Assembly (NCBI GenBank): GCA_032128375.1
Contig: JAQBGU010000128.1
Location: forward strand, 1 to 49,524
Length of the DNA stretch: 49,524 nucleotides
Direction of reading: 5' to 3'
Source of the DNA: Deltaproteobacteria bacterium
Lineage (GTDB): Bacteria; Myxococcota_A; UBA9160; SMWR01
The position numbers and the translations under genes were made by a program. Shown piece after piece: positions 9,662-21,240 of the stretch. Numbering within the stretch: the first letter of the stretch is position 1; every line of letters begins with the position of its first letter. The notes beneath the pieces are model-generated. The model was not told where the DNA came from, ran no database searches, and worked only from the letters and a program-made list of their open reading frames with translations.

Positions 9662-10330
9662 ATGATGTCGACAACAGGGAAATTCTTGAAGCATACGAAT
9701 TGGGGCGCGGGGATCGCTCTGGTGGTGGCGTGCTTCGCCGTTGCCGGAAGCGCTGCGGCGGGCTCGCATAGCTGGCGCTTCAGCGAGTTCTACAGCTCGC
9801 CCGATAAAACGATCCAGTTCATCGAGATGCAGGAGATCAACGGCTTCGATTTCGAAATCTTGATCAAAGACCACTGGTACGCGACCGATTCGTACAATCA
9901 GACGCACGCATTGCATCTGGGCAGCCCTCTGGCACCCGGCACCGCGAATAAGAAGTTTCTGGTCGGCAGCGCAAGCTATGCGTTGCTGCCGGGCGTCCCG
10001 GCGCCCGACTACGTGCTTCCAGATGGGGTCATCGAGCCGAGCGGTGACACAGTGGTGTGGTGGTTCTATCAGACGTTGACCATCCCGCCCGACACCATGC
10101 CCACCGATGGTGTAAAATCGCTGAGCGTTATCAATCCCGCGACACCGGAGAACGGTTTTAGCGTGGGAGTGAATTCGCCGACGAACCTCGCTGGAGAAAC
10201 AGGGTCGGTCGTTCTGCCCTCCGCACTGCCCTCACCGGGTTCGCTTGAATGGGTCTATCTGTTGATTTTGGGCCTGTCGGCCTTTGGTGTAGCGGCCCTG
10301 TATCGGCGCGCAGAGTCGCACGCGCGCTGA
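9662..10330 (+). CDS. Secreted protein with C-terminal membrane-anchor / sorting signal
   Basis: SD GAGG, signal peptide ending AAA, mature N-terminus SHSWRFSEFYSSPDKTIQFIE, C-terminal LPSPGSLEW + TM helix + RR. Confidence 0.75.
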   Translation: MMSTTGKFLKHTNWGAGIALVVACFAVAGSAAAGSHSWRFSEFYSSPDKTIQFIEMQEINGFDFEILIKDHWYATDSYNQTHALHLGSPLAPGTANKKFLVGSASYALLPGVPAPDYVLPDGVIEPSGDTVVWWFYQTLTIPPDTMPTDGVKSLSVINPATPENGFSVGVNSPTNLAGETGSVVLPSALPSPGSLEWVYLLILGLSAFGVAALYRRAESHAR

Positions 10331-10398
10331 CACCGCAGCGGCGAACTGAAGAAGGTACGGCTCGACCCCGCAGCCGCACTGCTTGTCACACTCCTACA

Positions 10399-11295
10399 CT
10401 AGAGCTCCGACAGCAAGAACTCGCGAGTCCGTGCGATCGCGCCCTTGTCAGCGGGATACGGCGCAGCAGCGAAGTCGGTGACTCCCGCCTCCCGAAGCTC
10501 TGCGAAGCTGGCGCGGACCGCGGCTTCGTCCCCCACGATCGCGACGTCACCCGGACCGGCAGCACCTTCGCGATCGAGCATCGCACGGTACGAGGGCAGC
10601 GCTCCGTACATCTGAAACGCCTCGTTCGCGACCTTTCGTGCCGCGGCGGCATCATTTGTAATCGCGACCGGTAACGCGGCCACGATGCGAGGCAGCGGCC
10701 TTCCCGCGGCCGCTGCCGCCCGGGTGATGTTCGGCACGATGTGGTCTGCGAGCGTCCTTCGGCCGGTCATCCAGGTGGCGGTACCATCGGCGAGCCGCCC
10801 CGCAACCTCGAGCATGCGCGGCCCGAGCGCAGCGACCAAGGTCGGCACCGGCGCGGCGTCGGGAACCTGCAGGCCCGCGTTGACCCGGTAGACGTCACCC
10901 TGGTGTGAGGCGGGTTTGCCCTGGAGTAACGGTACGAGCACTTGTAGATACTCCTCCATCTGCTTTGCGGGCGCAGCGTACGAGAGCCCGAACATCGTCT
11001 CGATCACGATCTGGTGCGATAGGCCGATGCCGAGCGTAAAGCGACCGCGGCAAGCCGCCTGCGCGGTCAGCGCTTGTTGTGCCAACGCCGTAGGATGCCG
11101 GGGTGGGGTCGGGACGACTCCGGTTGCCAGCTCGATGCGATCGGTTTCGCGACCCGCGACCGTGAGGGCGCTGACTGCGTCGTGACCGAAAATATTCGCG
11201 GCCGACACGAACGCGAACCCGTCTGCTTCCGCCTGCTTGACGTGATCGACGAACTCATCGAGCGTTTCGCCGCCGACTGTGATTCCGAGTCGCAT
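10399..11295 (-). CDS. LLM-class F420-dependent oxidoreductase
   Basis: SD CAGGAG; IELATGVVPT.PRHP.ALAQQALT, GRFTLGIGLSH, AALGPRML..AG..ADG..TW, LPSYRAMLDREG. Confidence 0.88.
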   Translation of the reverse strand: MRLGITVGGETLDEFVDHVKQAEADGFAFVSAANIFGHDAVSALTVAGRETDRIELATGVVPTPPRHPTALAQQALTAQAACRGRFTLGIGLSHQIVIETMFGLSYAAPAKQMEEYLQVLVPLLQGKPASHQGDVYRVNAGLQVPDAAPVPTLVAALGPRMLEVAGRLADGTATWMTGRRTLADHIVPNITRAAAAAGRPLPRIVAALPVAITNDAAAARKVANEAFQMYGALPSYRAMLDREGAAGPGDVAIVGDEAAVRASFAELREAGVTDFAAAPYPADKGAIARTREFLLSEL

Positions 11296-11440
11296 GAGAG
11301 TCTCCTGTTTCGAATCAAAAATCTTGGAATGGATGAAACTTGGAATGAAGCATCCGGGAGTACGAGAACCGGCCGAAGGGTAGGGCAGCCCCATTCAATT
11401 GTCCGCCAGCGCTGAGCCACCGCACTGCTGCGCTTTCTGA

Positions 11441-13768
<2,328 letters not shown>

Positions 13769-13796
13769 CGGCCGCTGTGTCAGCGCTCGGGGCAGG

Positions 13797-14864
13797 TCAC
13801 CGCTCGGCGCATGCCAGCGCGGCGGGGAGCAGTCCGCTGCACGCGAGTGTGTCGAGGATGTGTTGAGCGGCGAGCTGGTGGCCCAGCTTGCTGGGGTGCC
13901 AAAGATCCAGAAACAACTCCGCGTCATCCGCGGTGCGGAATGCTGGGAGCAGGTCGATCGTCTGCCAGCCTCCGGAGCGGCCGATAGCGGCGAGGCGGCG
14001 CTGGAGATTCGCGTCGGCTTGATCGTCGAGTTGCGCGGGGTAGGGGAACGCTACGACGGCCACGCGCGCGCCGATTCGCGCCGCTTGCTCGGCGATTTCG
14101 CCATAGCGGGCAGCAAGCCAGCGCCACTCGACATCGTTCGTATCGCGATCGCGCGGAGCGAATGCCTCGAGCCAGACCTCGCGGTCGAACTCGGATTCAG
14201 TTCGCGACGTGACCCAATCGCACAACCTCGACTTCGAACACCAGGAGTCAGCCACTTCGACCTCGCTGCGAGTTGCCGGATTCGGGAATGCAAGATCGGG
14301 CAGCGCCGGGAGTGCGAGTTGGGTCGACGCGTCGAAGTGGAGTGTCGGATCATTGAGATCGTTGATGCAAAATTGAATCAGCACCAGGTCCGGTTGGAAG
14401 GCGACGCCGGCGTCGGCGAACAGTGCGGCTTCGTTGTACGGGTTGTACCCGCCGACTCCCAAATTCAGCACTTCGATTTGCGCTTCCGGAGCGCGTCGTG
14501 TTGCCAGCCACTCGAGCTGTGCCGGAAACGCCGATTCAGCCGCGACCCCATAGCCGAATGCGACTGAATCGCCCAGTACCACGATCCGAAACGCACCCGG
14601 CGGCTTCGTGCGGGGGTAGCGACGGCCTCGCCAGCCATCGGCGTTGATCTCGTAATCGACCGGCGCCGGCTCCTCCAGGCGCACATGCGCTCCCGGCCGC
14701 AGGCCGTAGAGCCAGTCGGTGTCCGGGCGTGCCTGGTGGAGACCGCGCAATCCTCCGGAAGCAGATCCGTCGCCAACGACTCGCAACCCGATTTCGAACG
14801 CGACGAGGCTTGCCAACGTCGCGACCACGACCAGCGCGGCGCGACCGCGGTTTTCCTTTGTCAC
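13797..14864 (-). CDS. SGNH/GDSL hydrolase family protein with N-terminal membrane anchor
   Basis: Block I GDS (VLGDSVAFG), block II NLGVGGY, block III CIND, block V DLWHP; start uncertain (14864-14957). Confidence 0.8.
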   Translation of the reverse strand: MTKENRGRAALVVVATLASLVAFEIGLRVVGDGSASGGLRGLHQARPDTDWLYGLRPGAHVRLEEPAPVDYEINADGWRGRRYPRTKPPGAFRIVVLGDSVAFGYGVAAESAFPAQLEWLATRRAPEAQIEVLNLGVGGYNPYNEAALFADAGVAFQPDLVLIQFCINDLNDPTLHFDASTQLALPALPDLAFPNPATRSEVEVADSWCSKSRLCDWVTSRTESEFDREVWLEAFAPRDRDTNDVEWRWLAARYGEIAEQAARIGARVAVVAFPYPAQLDDQADANLQRRLAAIGRSGGWQTIDLLPAFRTADDAELFLDLWHPSKLGHQLAAQHILDTLACSGLLPAALACAER

Positions 14865-14907
14865 GAAGCGAACCAACAAGGGGTCCACAGCAAGGGCAGG
14901 GCCAAGG

Positions 14908-16431
14908 TCACAACCAGGGGCCGATCTGTCGGTCGAAAGCTTCCTCTGTCGATTCATCTCCGATGGCTGAAATCCCCCGGTCGGAAAACGGACCCGCATC
15001 ACGTGGTGTCGCCAGGCCCGCCAGCAGCAGCGGAATTGTCGCGAGTAACAGCGAGCCAACGATCAGGACCAAACAGAAGTGTGCAAACAACGGCCGATCG
15101 AACTCGCAGAGCAACAGATACGCGGCGAGAGAAACCACGCAGACAGCGGTCAGGCTGAACAGGTCCCAGTCGTACGGCCCCCAAATCGGTCGCAACACAA
15201 CGCTGTAGATGAGTGTCGAAAGCGCAGCAACAGACAGAAAAGCTGCCTGCGGAGTTGCGCTGAATCGCTTCGGTGACCGCGCCAAGAAAAGCAGCAGAGG
15301 AATCGCCGCAGGCGCGAGTAGGAAAAACGCATTCGCGAGGTACTTGAGGTGCGGCCCACTGAGCATCGTGTAGCGGGTGCCAAATCCCGGCGTCTGACTC
15401 CAGCCACGCAGCCACAACTCGCGCCCCGCATCTTCGCCACCGCCTTGTTCAGCGAAGCCAGCTGCTGACACGGCCGACGACCACGCGGCGTCGAGATCGG
15501 CCGAGTCCCCGGCCGCGAGTATGACGATGATGAACAGTGCCATCGGCCCGATGCCGGCCGCGAACGCGATCGTGAGAAGCTTCGAATACTGCACGACACC
15601 GCGGGTCGCAACGAGAAAGGGCAACAGCACCAGGCTCGGCGCGAGAAACGCGAACGACAGGTGAATCCACAGACCGACGCCGAATGTGAGTGCGGGTAGT
15701 GCGTACCCACAGCGTCCGCGCAAGAACGCCGCGGCCGCCCACAAGTAGGCTGCCGCCGCAGCGACCACGAAGCCATAAACCTCCACGTGGCCCGCAAAGA
15801 CACGTAACACGCCGCCGCACAACACGAGCGCTGCAAACACTGAACCGCGCGCACCTTCTGGGGCGAGCGATCGGCCCAGTCCAACAAGACAGCCGAGCGC
15901 GACCGCGCCACTGCCGCAGATCAGAATCTGGTACACGCTCAGGCTCGGTACGCCTAACATCTGGGCGACATGCATCGACCACCCCAGCAAGAAGCTGGCG
16001 CCGATCTCCGGAAACACAAACCCGGAGCCAGAGAGAGAGGAATAAATCAAGATGGTCGAGTCTCCGTAGAAACGCCGCTCGCGCAACAACCACAACGCGA
16101 CCAGCACCGCGACCAACAACAGCCAGAGCGCTTGTCGGCGACCGATCATGTCGACGACGATCTGCTCGAGGCGCTCGATCCCACCGAGCCATTGGCTGCG
16201 AACGCGCCTGAACGCCAACGAAACCAATGCCACACCGAACATCGCCGCCACCGTCGGCGTCTGGTACTGCCACAGGTTGAATCCCCAGGCATGCGAGAAA
16301 GCAGCGACCCAGCCCAGCTGCACGGGAACGAGCAGCAAACATCCCGCAATTGCCCGCGCAACCGGAAGGTCAGCGAGGGGCCTCAGCGCAGGCTCTCCAT
16401 CAATCGTCCGCCCCCGATCGTGCAGCCTCAA
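14908..16431 (-). CDS. Polytopic membrane protein (possibly GT-C-like)
   Basis: Many hydrophobic helices, YGD and HVEVY loops, DWDLF; GTGA/ATGA-type coupling to the argD stop. Confidence 0.65.
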   Translation of the reverse strand: MRLHDRGRTIDGEPALRPLADLPVARAIAGCLLLVPVQLGWVAAFSHAWGFNLWQYQTPTVAAMFGVALVSLAFRRVRSQWLGGIERLEQIVVDMIGRRQALWLLLVAVLVALWLLRERRFYGDSTILIYSSLSGSGFVFPEIGASFLLGWSMHVAQMLGVPSLSVYQILICGSGAVALGCLVGLGRSLAPEGARGSVFAALVLCGGVLRVFAGHVEVYGFVVAAAAAYLWAAAAFLRGRCGYALPALTFGVGLWIHLSFAFLAPSLVLLPFLVATRGVVQYSKLLTIAFAAGIGPMALFIIVILAAGDSADLDAAWSSAVSAAGFAEQGGGEDAGRELWLRGWSQTPGFGTRYTMLSGPHLKYLANAFFLLAPAAIPLLLFLARSPKRFSATPQAAFLSVAALSTLIYSVVLRPIWGPYDWDLFSLTAVCVVSLAAYLLLCEFDRPLFAHFCLVLIVGSLLLATIPLLLAGLATPRDAGPFSDRGISAIGDESTEEAFDRQIGPWL

Positions 16432-17615
16432 CCATCAGCAATGAGCGCCAAGACGGCATCGACCGCCGGCCAAAGGTCCTGCTCTGGAATATTCAGCGCG
16501 GGGAAAAATCGCACCACCGTGCCCGCCGTCACGTTGATCAATACCCCGGCGTCGAGCGCGCGGGCCGGAATGGAGGCGGCTCGCTGTGCATCGCCGAGTA
16601 CGAGCCCGCACAGCAGGCCGCGTCCGCGAACCGTGTCGACCCGGTCGGGATGTTGCAGCGCGAAGTCGCGCAAGCGCTCGATCAACCTGGTGCCGAGCGC
16701 GGCCGATCGTTCAACGAGCTTCTCCTTGATGACCACGCCGAGAACCGCGTTGGCCGCCGCGCACGCCAGCGGGTTTCCGCCGAATGTCGTCCCGTGATCG
16801 CCCAGCCCAACGGTCTTTGCGACTGCCTCTGTCGTCATGAAGGCCGCGACTGGGAATCCGCCACCGAGCCCCTTGCCGAGTGTGACGATGTCGGCCTTTA
16901 CGCCGTCGTGCTCGAGCGCCAGCATCCGACCGGTGCGACCGATCCCGGTCTGGACTTCATCGAGGATCAACAGCGCGTCATTGGCATCACAGATCTCGCG
17001 CAAACCACGCAGGTATCCGTCGGCGGGAACGACGACGCCGCCTTCGCCCTGGATCGGTTCGACGATGAAGCCGGCGCAATCGCTACCCATGGCTGCCCGC
17101 GCAGCATCGAGATCGTCGAATGGAACGAAGCGGCCTTCTGGAAGCAAGCCCTGATAGGGTTTGCGGTGCTTGTCCTGCCCGATCACGCGCAGCGCTCCAA
17201 TGGAGCGACCGTGGAAGGAGTTGTGCGTCGATACGAACATCGAGCGCCCGGTGGCACGGTGGGCGAGCTTGAGCGCGCCGTCGACTGCTTCGGTGCCCGA
17301 GTTGACCAGAAACGAGCGCGTAATCTCGGCGGGTGTGATCTCGGCGAGCTGCTCGATCAGTTCGAGTTGAGGCAGCGTGTAGAAGATGTTCGTGGTCTGT
17401 ATCAGGCGTCCAGCCTGTTCCGAAATGGCCTCGCTCAGCACCGGGTGGCAATGTCCGATGCATGTCACGCCCCAGCCGGCCATCAGATCGACGAACTCGC
17501 GCCCGTCGATATCCCGAACGCGCGAGCCTTCTCCGGAAACCAGCGCTACCGGATGCCGTTTTACGACCGGCAGGAAATGTGCGGATTCTCGCTCTCGCGC
17601 GGCTTCTATCTTCAT
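16428..17615 (-). CDS. argD: Acetylornithine aminotransferase (class III PLP enzyme)
   Basis: NSGTEA, SFHGR, VEPIQGEGG, DEVQTGIGRTG, TLGKGLGGG, HGTTFGGNPLA. Confidence 0.88.
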   Translation of the reverse strand: MKIEAARERESAHFLPVVKRHPVALVSGEGSRVRDIDGREFVDLMAGWGVTCIGHCHPVLSEAISEQAGRLIQTTNIFYTLPQLELIEQLAEITPAEITRSFLVNSGTEAVDGALKLAHRATGRSMFVSTHNSFHGRSIGALRVIGQDKHRKPYQGLLPEGRFVPFDDLDAARAAMGSDCAGFIVEPIQGEGGVVVPADGYLRGLREICDANDALLILDEVQTGIGRTGRMLALEHDGVKADIVTLGKGLGGGFPVAAFMTTEAVAKTVGLGDHGTTFGGNPLACAAANAVLGVVIKEKLVERSAALGTRLIERLRDFALQHPDRVDTVRGRGLLCGLVLGDAQRAASIPARALDAGVLINVTAGTVVRFFPALNIPEQDLWPAVDAVLALIADG

Positions 17616-17712
17616 GGATCTTCCTCGTCGTAGTTTCGCTTCGTTTTGGATACCCTCGATGCATCACCCGAACGCGTCCGTCAAGTCGGCCCACGGAGCG
17701 CCGAGAACTCTG

Positions 17713-18096
17713 ATGAGCGATCTAATCCTACTGGAAGGAATCCAGATCCCGCTTCGACTCGGCGTCACTGCAGCCGAGCGGCGGATTCGACGTCCGGTGC
17801 GGCTCGATCTGGAGGTCCACCGGGACCTGCGCGCCGCCGGGGCCTCGGATCGAATCGGGCAAACGATCCATTACAAGCAGATCTTCGAAGTGGTCGAGGA
17901 GGTTGCGCTCAAGCGCGACCACAAACTCGTCGAGGCGCTCGCGGATCGCATCGCGAAGGCCATCCTCGAAAGGTTCGATGCCGATCAGGTCACAGTAACC
18001 GTCCGCAAGCCGACCCCAATCTCGGGCATACTGGAATATTGCGGGGTGCGAATCACCCGAAATCGGGATGATCTCGACGGATCCTCAAGGGATTGA
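17713..18096 (+). CDS. folB: Dihydroneopterin aldolase
   Basis: D.I.LEGI, GV..AER, D.I..TIHY, LVEALA..IA, VTVRKP. Confidence 0.85.
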   Translation: MSDLILLEGIQIPLRLGVTAAERRIRRPVRLDLEVHRDLRAAGASDRIGQTIHYKQIFEVVEEVALKRDHKLVEALADRIAKAILERFDADQVTVTVRKPTPISGILEYCGVRITRNRDDLDGSSRD

Positions 18097-18140
18097 CCGC
18101 TCGGCCCAGCCCGCCCCTCGATCGATTGGAGACGCCCCAA

Positions 18141-19886
18141 ATGGCTTCGTCGAAGCCCACCATCAACCTCGCAAGCGGCGATTCGGCCGCAATGTCCAAC
18201 AACGAACGGCTGAAAACCCAGAGTGATGGCCTGTTCTATGTGGCCCCGGCGAAGGGTGAGCCCCACACCTTTATCGATGAAATCGATGCGCTCGACCACG
18301 GCGAGAAGGTAACGATCTCTGGCGAAGCCAAAGAAATCTCCAAGTTTTTCGGTATCTATCGCCAGCAGGCTCGCGGGGAGCGCGGCAAGAAACTCGACGA
18401 CCATTTTTTCATGGTTCGGATCAAGGCGCCCGGTGGCGGCGGGTTCAGCAAGGACCAGTGGGTCGCACTCGACGATGCGGCCGATTTATTCGCAGACGGC
18501 ACGCTGCGGATTACCTCGCGGCAGGGAATTCAGTATCACCGTGTATACGGCCCCAAACTCGCCCCGCTGATCCGTCATCTGAACCGTGGCTACCGCGCAG
18601 GTGCCACGCTGGGTGCTTGCGGCGACGTCAATCGAAACGTAGTGGCCTCGCCGATCGAAGGCATCGACCCAGAGTTCCAGACCGGCGGGTTCGCGCTGGC
18701 CCAGGAGCTCGGCGAGCAGCTGGCGCCACAGTCCACCGCGTACTTCCAGATCTTCCAATCAGAGGACGAAGGTCGAAACATCGGGCCGATCAACTCCACT
18801 GAGCCGCTGTACGGCAAAAACTACCTGCCACGGAAGTTCAAGATCGGGATCGCCCACCCGGGGGATAATTCCGCCGACGTGCTGACTCAAGATGTCGGGC
18901 TGGTGCCCGTCTCGGAAAACGGCGCAGCGCCGGATGGCAGCTTGTGGGATCTGTACAGCGGAGGTGGCCTTGGCCTGACCCACAACATGCCCCAGACCGC
19001 AGCACTGATGGGCTTGTACATGGGGCGTATTCGCCGCGAGCAGGTGGTCGATGCGATCAAGGCGATCGTTGCGATCCAGCGCGACAACGGCGAGCGCAAG
19101 GATCGCCGGGCTGCGCGCTGGAAGTACACGATCCGCCGCATGGGACTGGATGTGGTCAAGGCCGAACTCGCCAATCGTTTCGGGATCAAACTCGAAGCTG
19201 CCCTACCGATGCGGCTACCGGCGATGGCGCTCCACCTGGGATGGCACGAGCAGTTCGGCGGCGGGGGCTACTACGGAATCTCGGTCGAAAACGGCCGAAT
19301 CAAACCCGCCATGCGCAAAGCGATTCGCCGGGCGGTCGTCGAGTTGAACCTCTCGGTTCGCGCCACCAATCAACAAGATCTGCTGCTTTGCGATGTTCGG
19401 GATCGGGACGCGCTCGAAAGAATTCTGGCGGAAGGCGGAGTCGCAACCGCCGACGAGATCTCGCTGGTCCGGCGCAACTCGATGGCGTGCCCGGCGAAGC
19501 CCACCTGTGGGCTCGCGATGACCGAAGCCGAGGGGATCTTGCCCTCCTACATGGACGCTTTGGAAAGTGCGGGCCTCGGAGACGTCGACGTCGTGATCCG
19601 CATGACCGGATGTCCCAACAACTGCGCTCGTCCGCCCTCCGCCGAAATCGGAATCTACGGTTATGGGAAAAACGACCACGTGATCCTGGTGGGCGGAACC
19701 CGCGAAGGATCCCGCCTCGCCCACACCCTGTACGCGCGCTTGCCCGAAGACCAGATGGTCTCGGCGCTGGTTGGTTTATTGACGGCGATTCGCGACCGGG
19801 CTGGCAGCTCGCCGGCAGGCGAATTCCTCGCCGCTGCGGACCCAGATCAGCTGCGGGGTTGGGTGGGTATCAACGACGGATCGTGA
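18141..19886 (+). CDS. Sulfite/nitrite reductase siroheme-[4Fe-4S] hemoprotein (CysI/Sir-like)
   Basis: NERLK, KFFGIY.Q, FMVR, TSRQGIQ, ACGDVNRN, YLPRKFK, CPAKPTCGLA, TGCPNNC. Confidence 0.88.
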   Translation: MASSKPTINLASGDSAAMSNNERLKTQSDGLFYVAPAKGEPHTFIDEIDALDHGEKVTISGEAKEISKFFGIYRQQARGERGKKLDDHFFMVRIKAPGGGGFSKDQWVALDDAADLFADGTLRITSRQGIQYHRVYGPKLAPLIRHLNRGYRAGATLGACGDVNRNVVASPIEGIDPEFQTGGFALAQELGEQLAPQSTAYFQIFQSEDEGRNIGPINSTEPLYGKNYLPRKFKIGIAHPGDNSADVLTQDVGLVPVSENGAAPDGSLWDLYSGGGLGLTHNMPQTAALMGLYMGRIRREQVVDAIKAIVAIQRDNGERKDRRAARWKYTIRRMGLDVVKAELANRFGIKLEAALPMRLPAMALHLGWHEQFGGGGYYGISVENGRIKPAMRKAIRRAVVELNLSVRATNQQDLLLCDVRDRDALERILAEGGVATADEISLVRRNSMACPAKPTCGLAMTEAEGILPSYMDALESAGLGDVDVVIRMTGCPNNCARPPSAEIGIYGYGKNDHVILVGGTREGSRLAHTLYARLPEDQMVSALVGLLTAIRDRAGSSPAGEFLAAADPDQLRGWVGINDGS

Positions 19887-19946
19887 CCAGATCTGCGTGT
19901 TGTTCGGCTCCGGTACCACTACCCGAAGCCAGCCCGAAACAAACCG

Positions 19947-19955
19947 TGGTATGCT
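19947..19955 (+). promoter_or_regulatory. Putative extended -10 element (TGgTATGCT) upstream of cofG
   Basis: TGnTAnnnT match in the sir-cofG intergenic region. Confidence 0.35.
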
Positions 19956-19995
19956 TCCGGACGCCTTGGCCGATCGCGCCCCCATGCGCCGAGCG

Positions 19996-21240
19996 ATGAG
20001 TGACGAGTTGAGTTCAATCTCCCTTCAGCCTCCCCCCGACCGTCGAACCGCTGAGCGCATTGTCGCTGTCGCGGTCGAATCGGGCCGATTGGATCGGGCG
20101 CCGGCCCAGCAGCTCGCCGCAGGTCTTCTGGACCCGCTGGTCCGCGAAGCCGTGTTCGAAGGCGCCGCGGAGAGCAAGCGGCGCGGCAAGGGCGATCTGG
20201 TCAGTGTCTCCAAAAACGTGTTCATTCCGTTGACCAACCTATGCCGCGACCGCTGCGCTTACTGCACATTCGCCAAGCAGCCGGATTCGCCAGAGGCGAA
20301 GACCTACACGCTGGCAGAGGTCGAACAGGTGGTCCGCGGCGGAGTCGCGACGGGTTGCCGAGAGGCGCTGTTTTGTCTCGGAGACAAGCCAGAAGTCGCC
20401 TACCAGTCGTATCGCGACTGGCTCGCGGCCAACGGGTTGCGCAATACCACCGATTACATCTTGCAAGCCTGCCAGATCGGTTTCGAGGGGGGAATTCTCC
20501 CGCACACCAACGCTGGCATCCTCAGTATGGAAGAAATGGCCGCGTTGCGGAAGTGGAACGCTTCGATGGGTCTGATGCTCGAATCGACGAGTCCAAGGCT
20601 GCGAGAAAAAGGCGGTGCGCACTACTACTGTCCGGACAAGGACCCGGCCGTTCGTTTGAGGATGCACGACGAGGCCGGTCAGTTGCGAATTCCATTCACC
20701 AGCGGATTGCTGCTCGGAATCGGTGAAAACACAGAAGAGCGTGTCGACACGCTGTTCGCGATTCGCAAACTCGATGACCGACATGGTCATATTCAGGAAG
20801 TCATCGTGCAGCCGTTTCACGCCAAGGATGAGACCCCGATGGCCCACATCCCGTCGCTGTCCGACGAGGAAGTCGCGGCCTGGGTGGCAATGGCTCGGCT
20901 GATCATGGGACCCGATATGAACGTACAGGCTCCGCCGAACCTCGCGCCCAGTGTTCTCGAGTTGTTGCTCCGCTGCGGCTTGAACGATTGGGGCGGGGTG
21001 TCGCCGGTAACGATCGATTTCATCAACCCTGAAGCGCCGTGGCCAGAACTGGACGAGTTGCGCCGCAGAACCGAGGCGGCCGGCCAGAAATTGGTCGAGA
21101 GATTGCCCGTTTATCCCGAGCATTTGCTCGGGCGCCCCGATTTCTTCGATCCGAAGGTTCGCGAGTTTGCGTTGACGCAATCCGATACTTCCGGGTTTGC
21201 AAAACCGATCGGTTCCGAAACCGGTGTGGAGGCCGCATAG
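19996..21240 (+). CDS. cofG: FO synthase subunit CofG (radical SAM)
   Basis: KNVFIPLTNLCRDRCAYC, GCREALF.LGDKPE, LPHTNAG, SMGLMLE, IQEVIVQ, QAPPNL, DWGGVSPVT.D..NPE. Confidence 0.92.
   Translation: MSDELSSISLQPPPDRRTAERIVAVAVESGRLDRAPAQQLAAGLLDPLVREAVFEGAAESKRRGKGDLVSVSKNVFIPLTNLCRDRCAYCTFAKQPDSPEAKTYTLAEVEQVVRGGVATGCREALFCLGDKPEVAYQSYRDWLAANGLRNTTDYILQACQIGFEGGILPHTNAGILSMEEMAALRKWNASMGLMLESTSPRLREKGGAHYYCPDKDPAVRLRMHDEAGQLRIPFTSGLLLGIGENTEERVDTLFAIRKLDDRHGHIQEVIVQPFHAKDETPMAHIPSLSDEEVAAWVAMARLIMGPDMNVQAPPNLAPSVLELLLRCGLNDWGGVSPVTIDFINPEAPWPELDELRRRTEAAGQKLVERLPVYPEHLLGRPDFFDPKVREFALTQSDTSGFAKPIGSETGVEAA

Noticed and set aside
9479..9916. N-terminal extension of the 8594..9916 ORF
   Set aside because: Runs through the intergenic repeat and antisense into the secreted-protein gene; the lipoprotein signal lies downstream.
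16350..17633. 427-aa plus-strand ORF
   Set aside because: Antisense shadow of argD.
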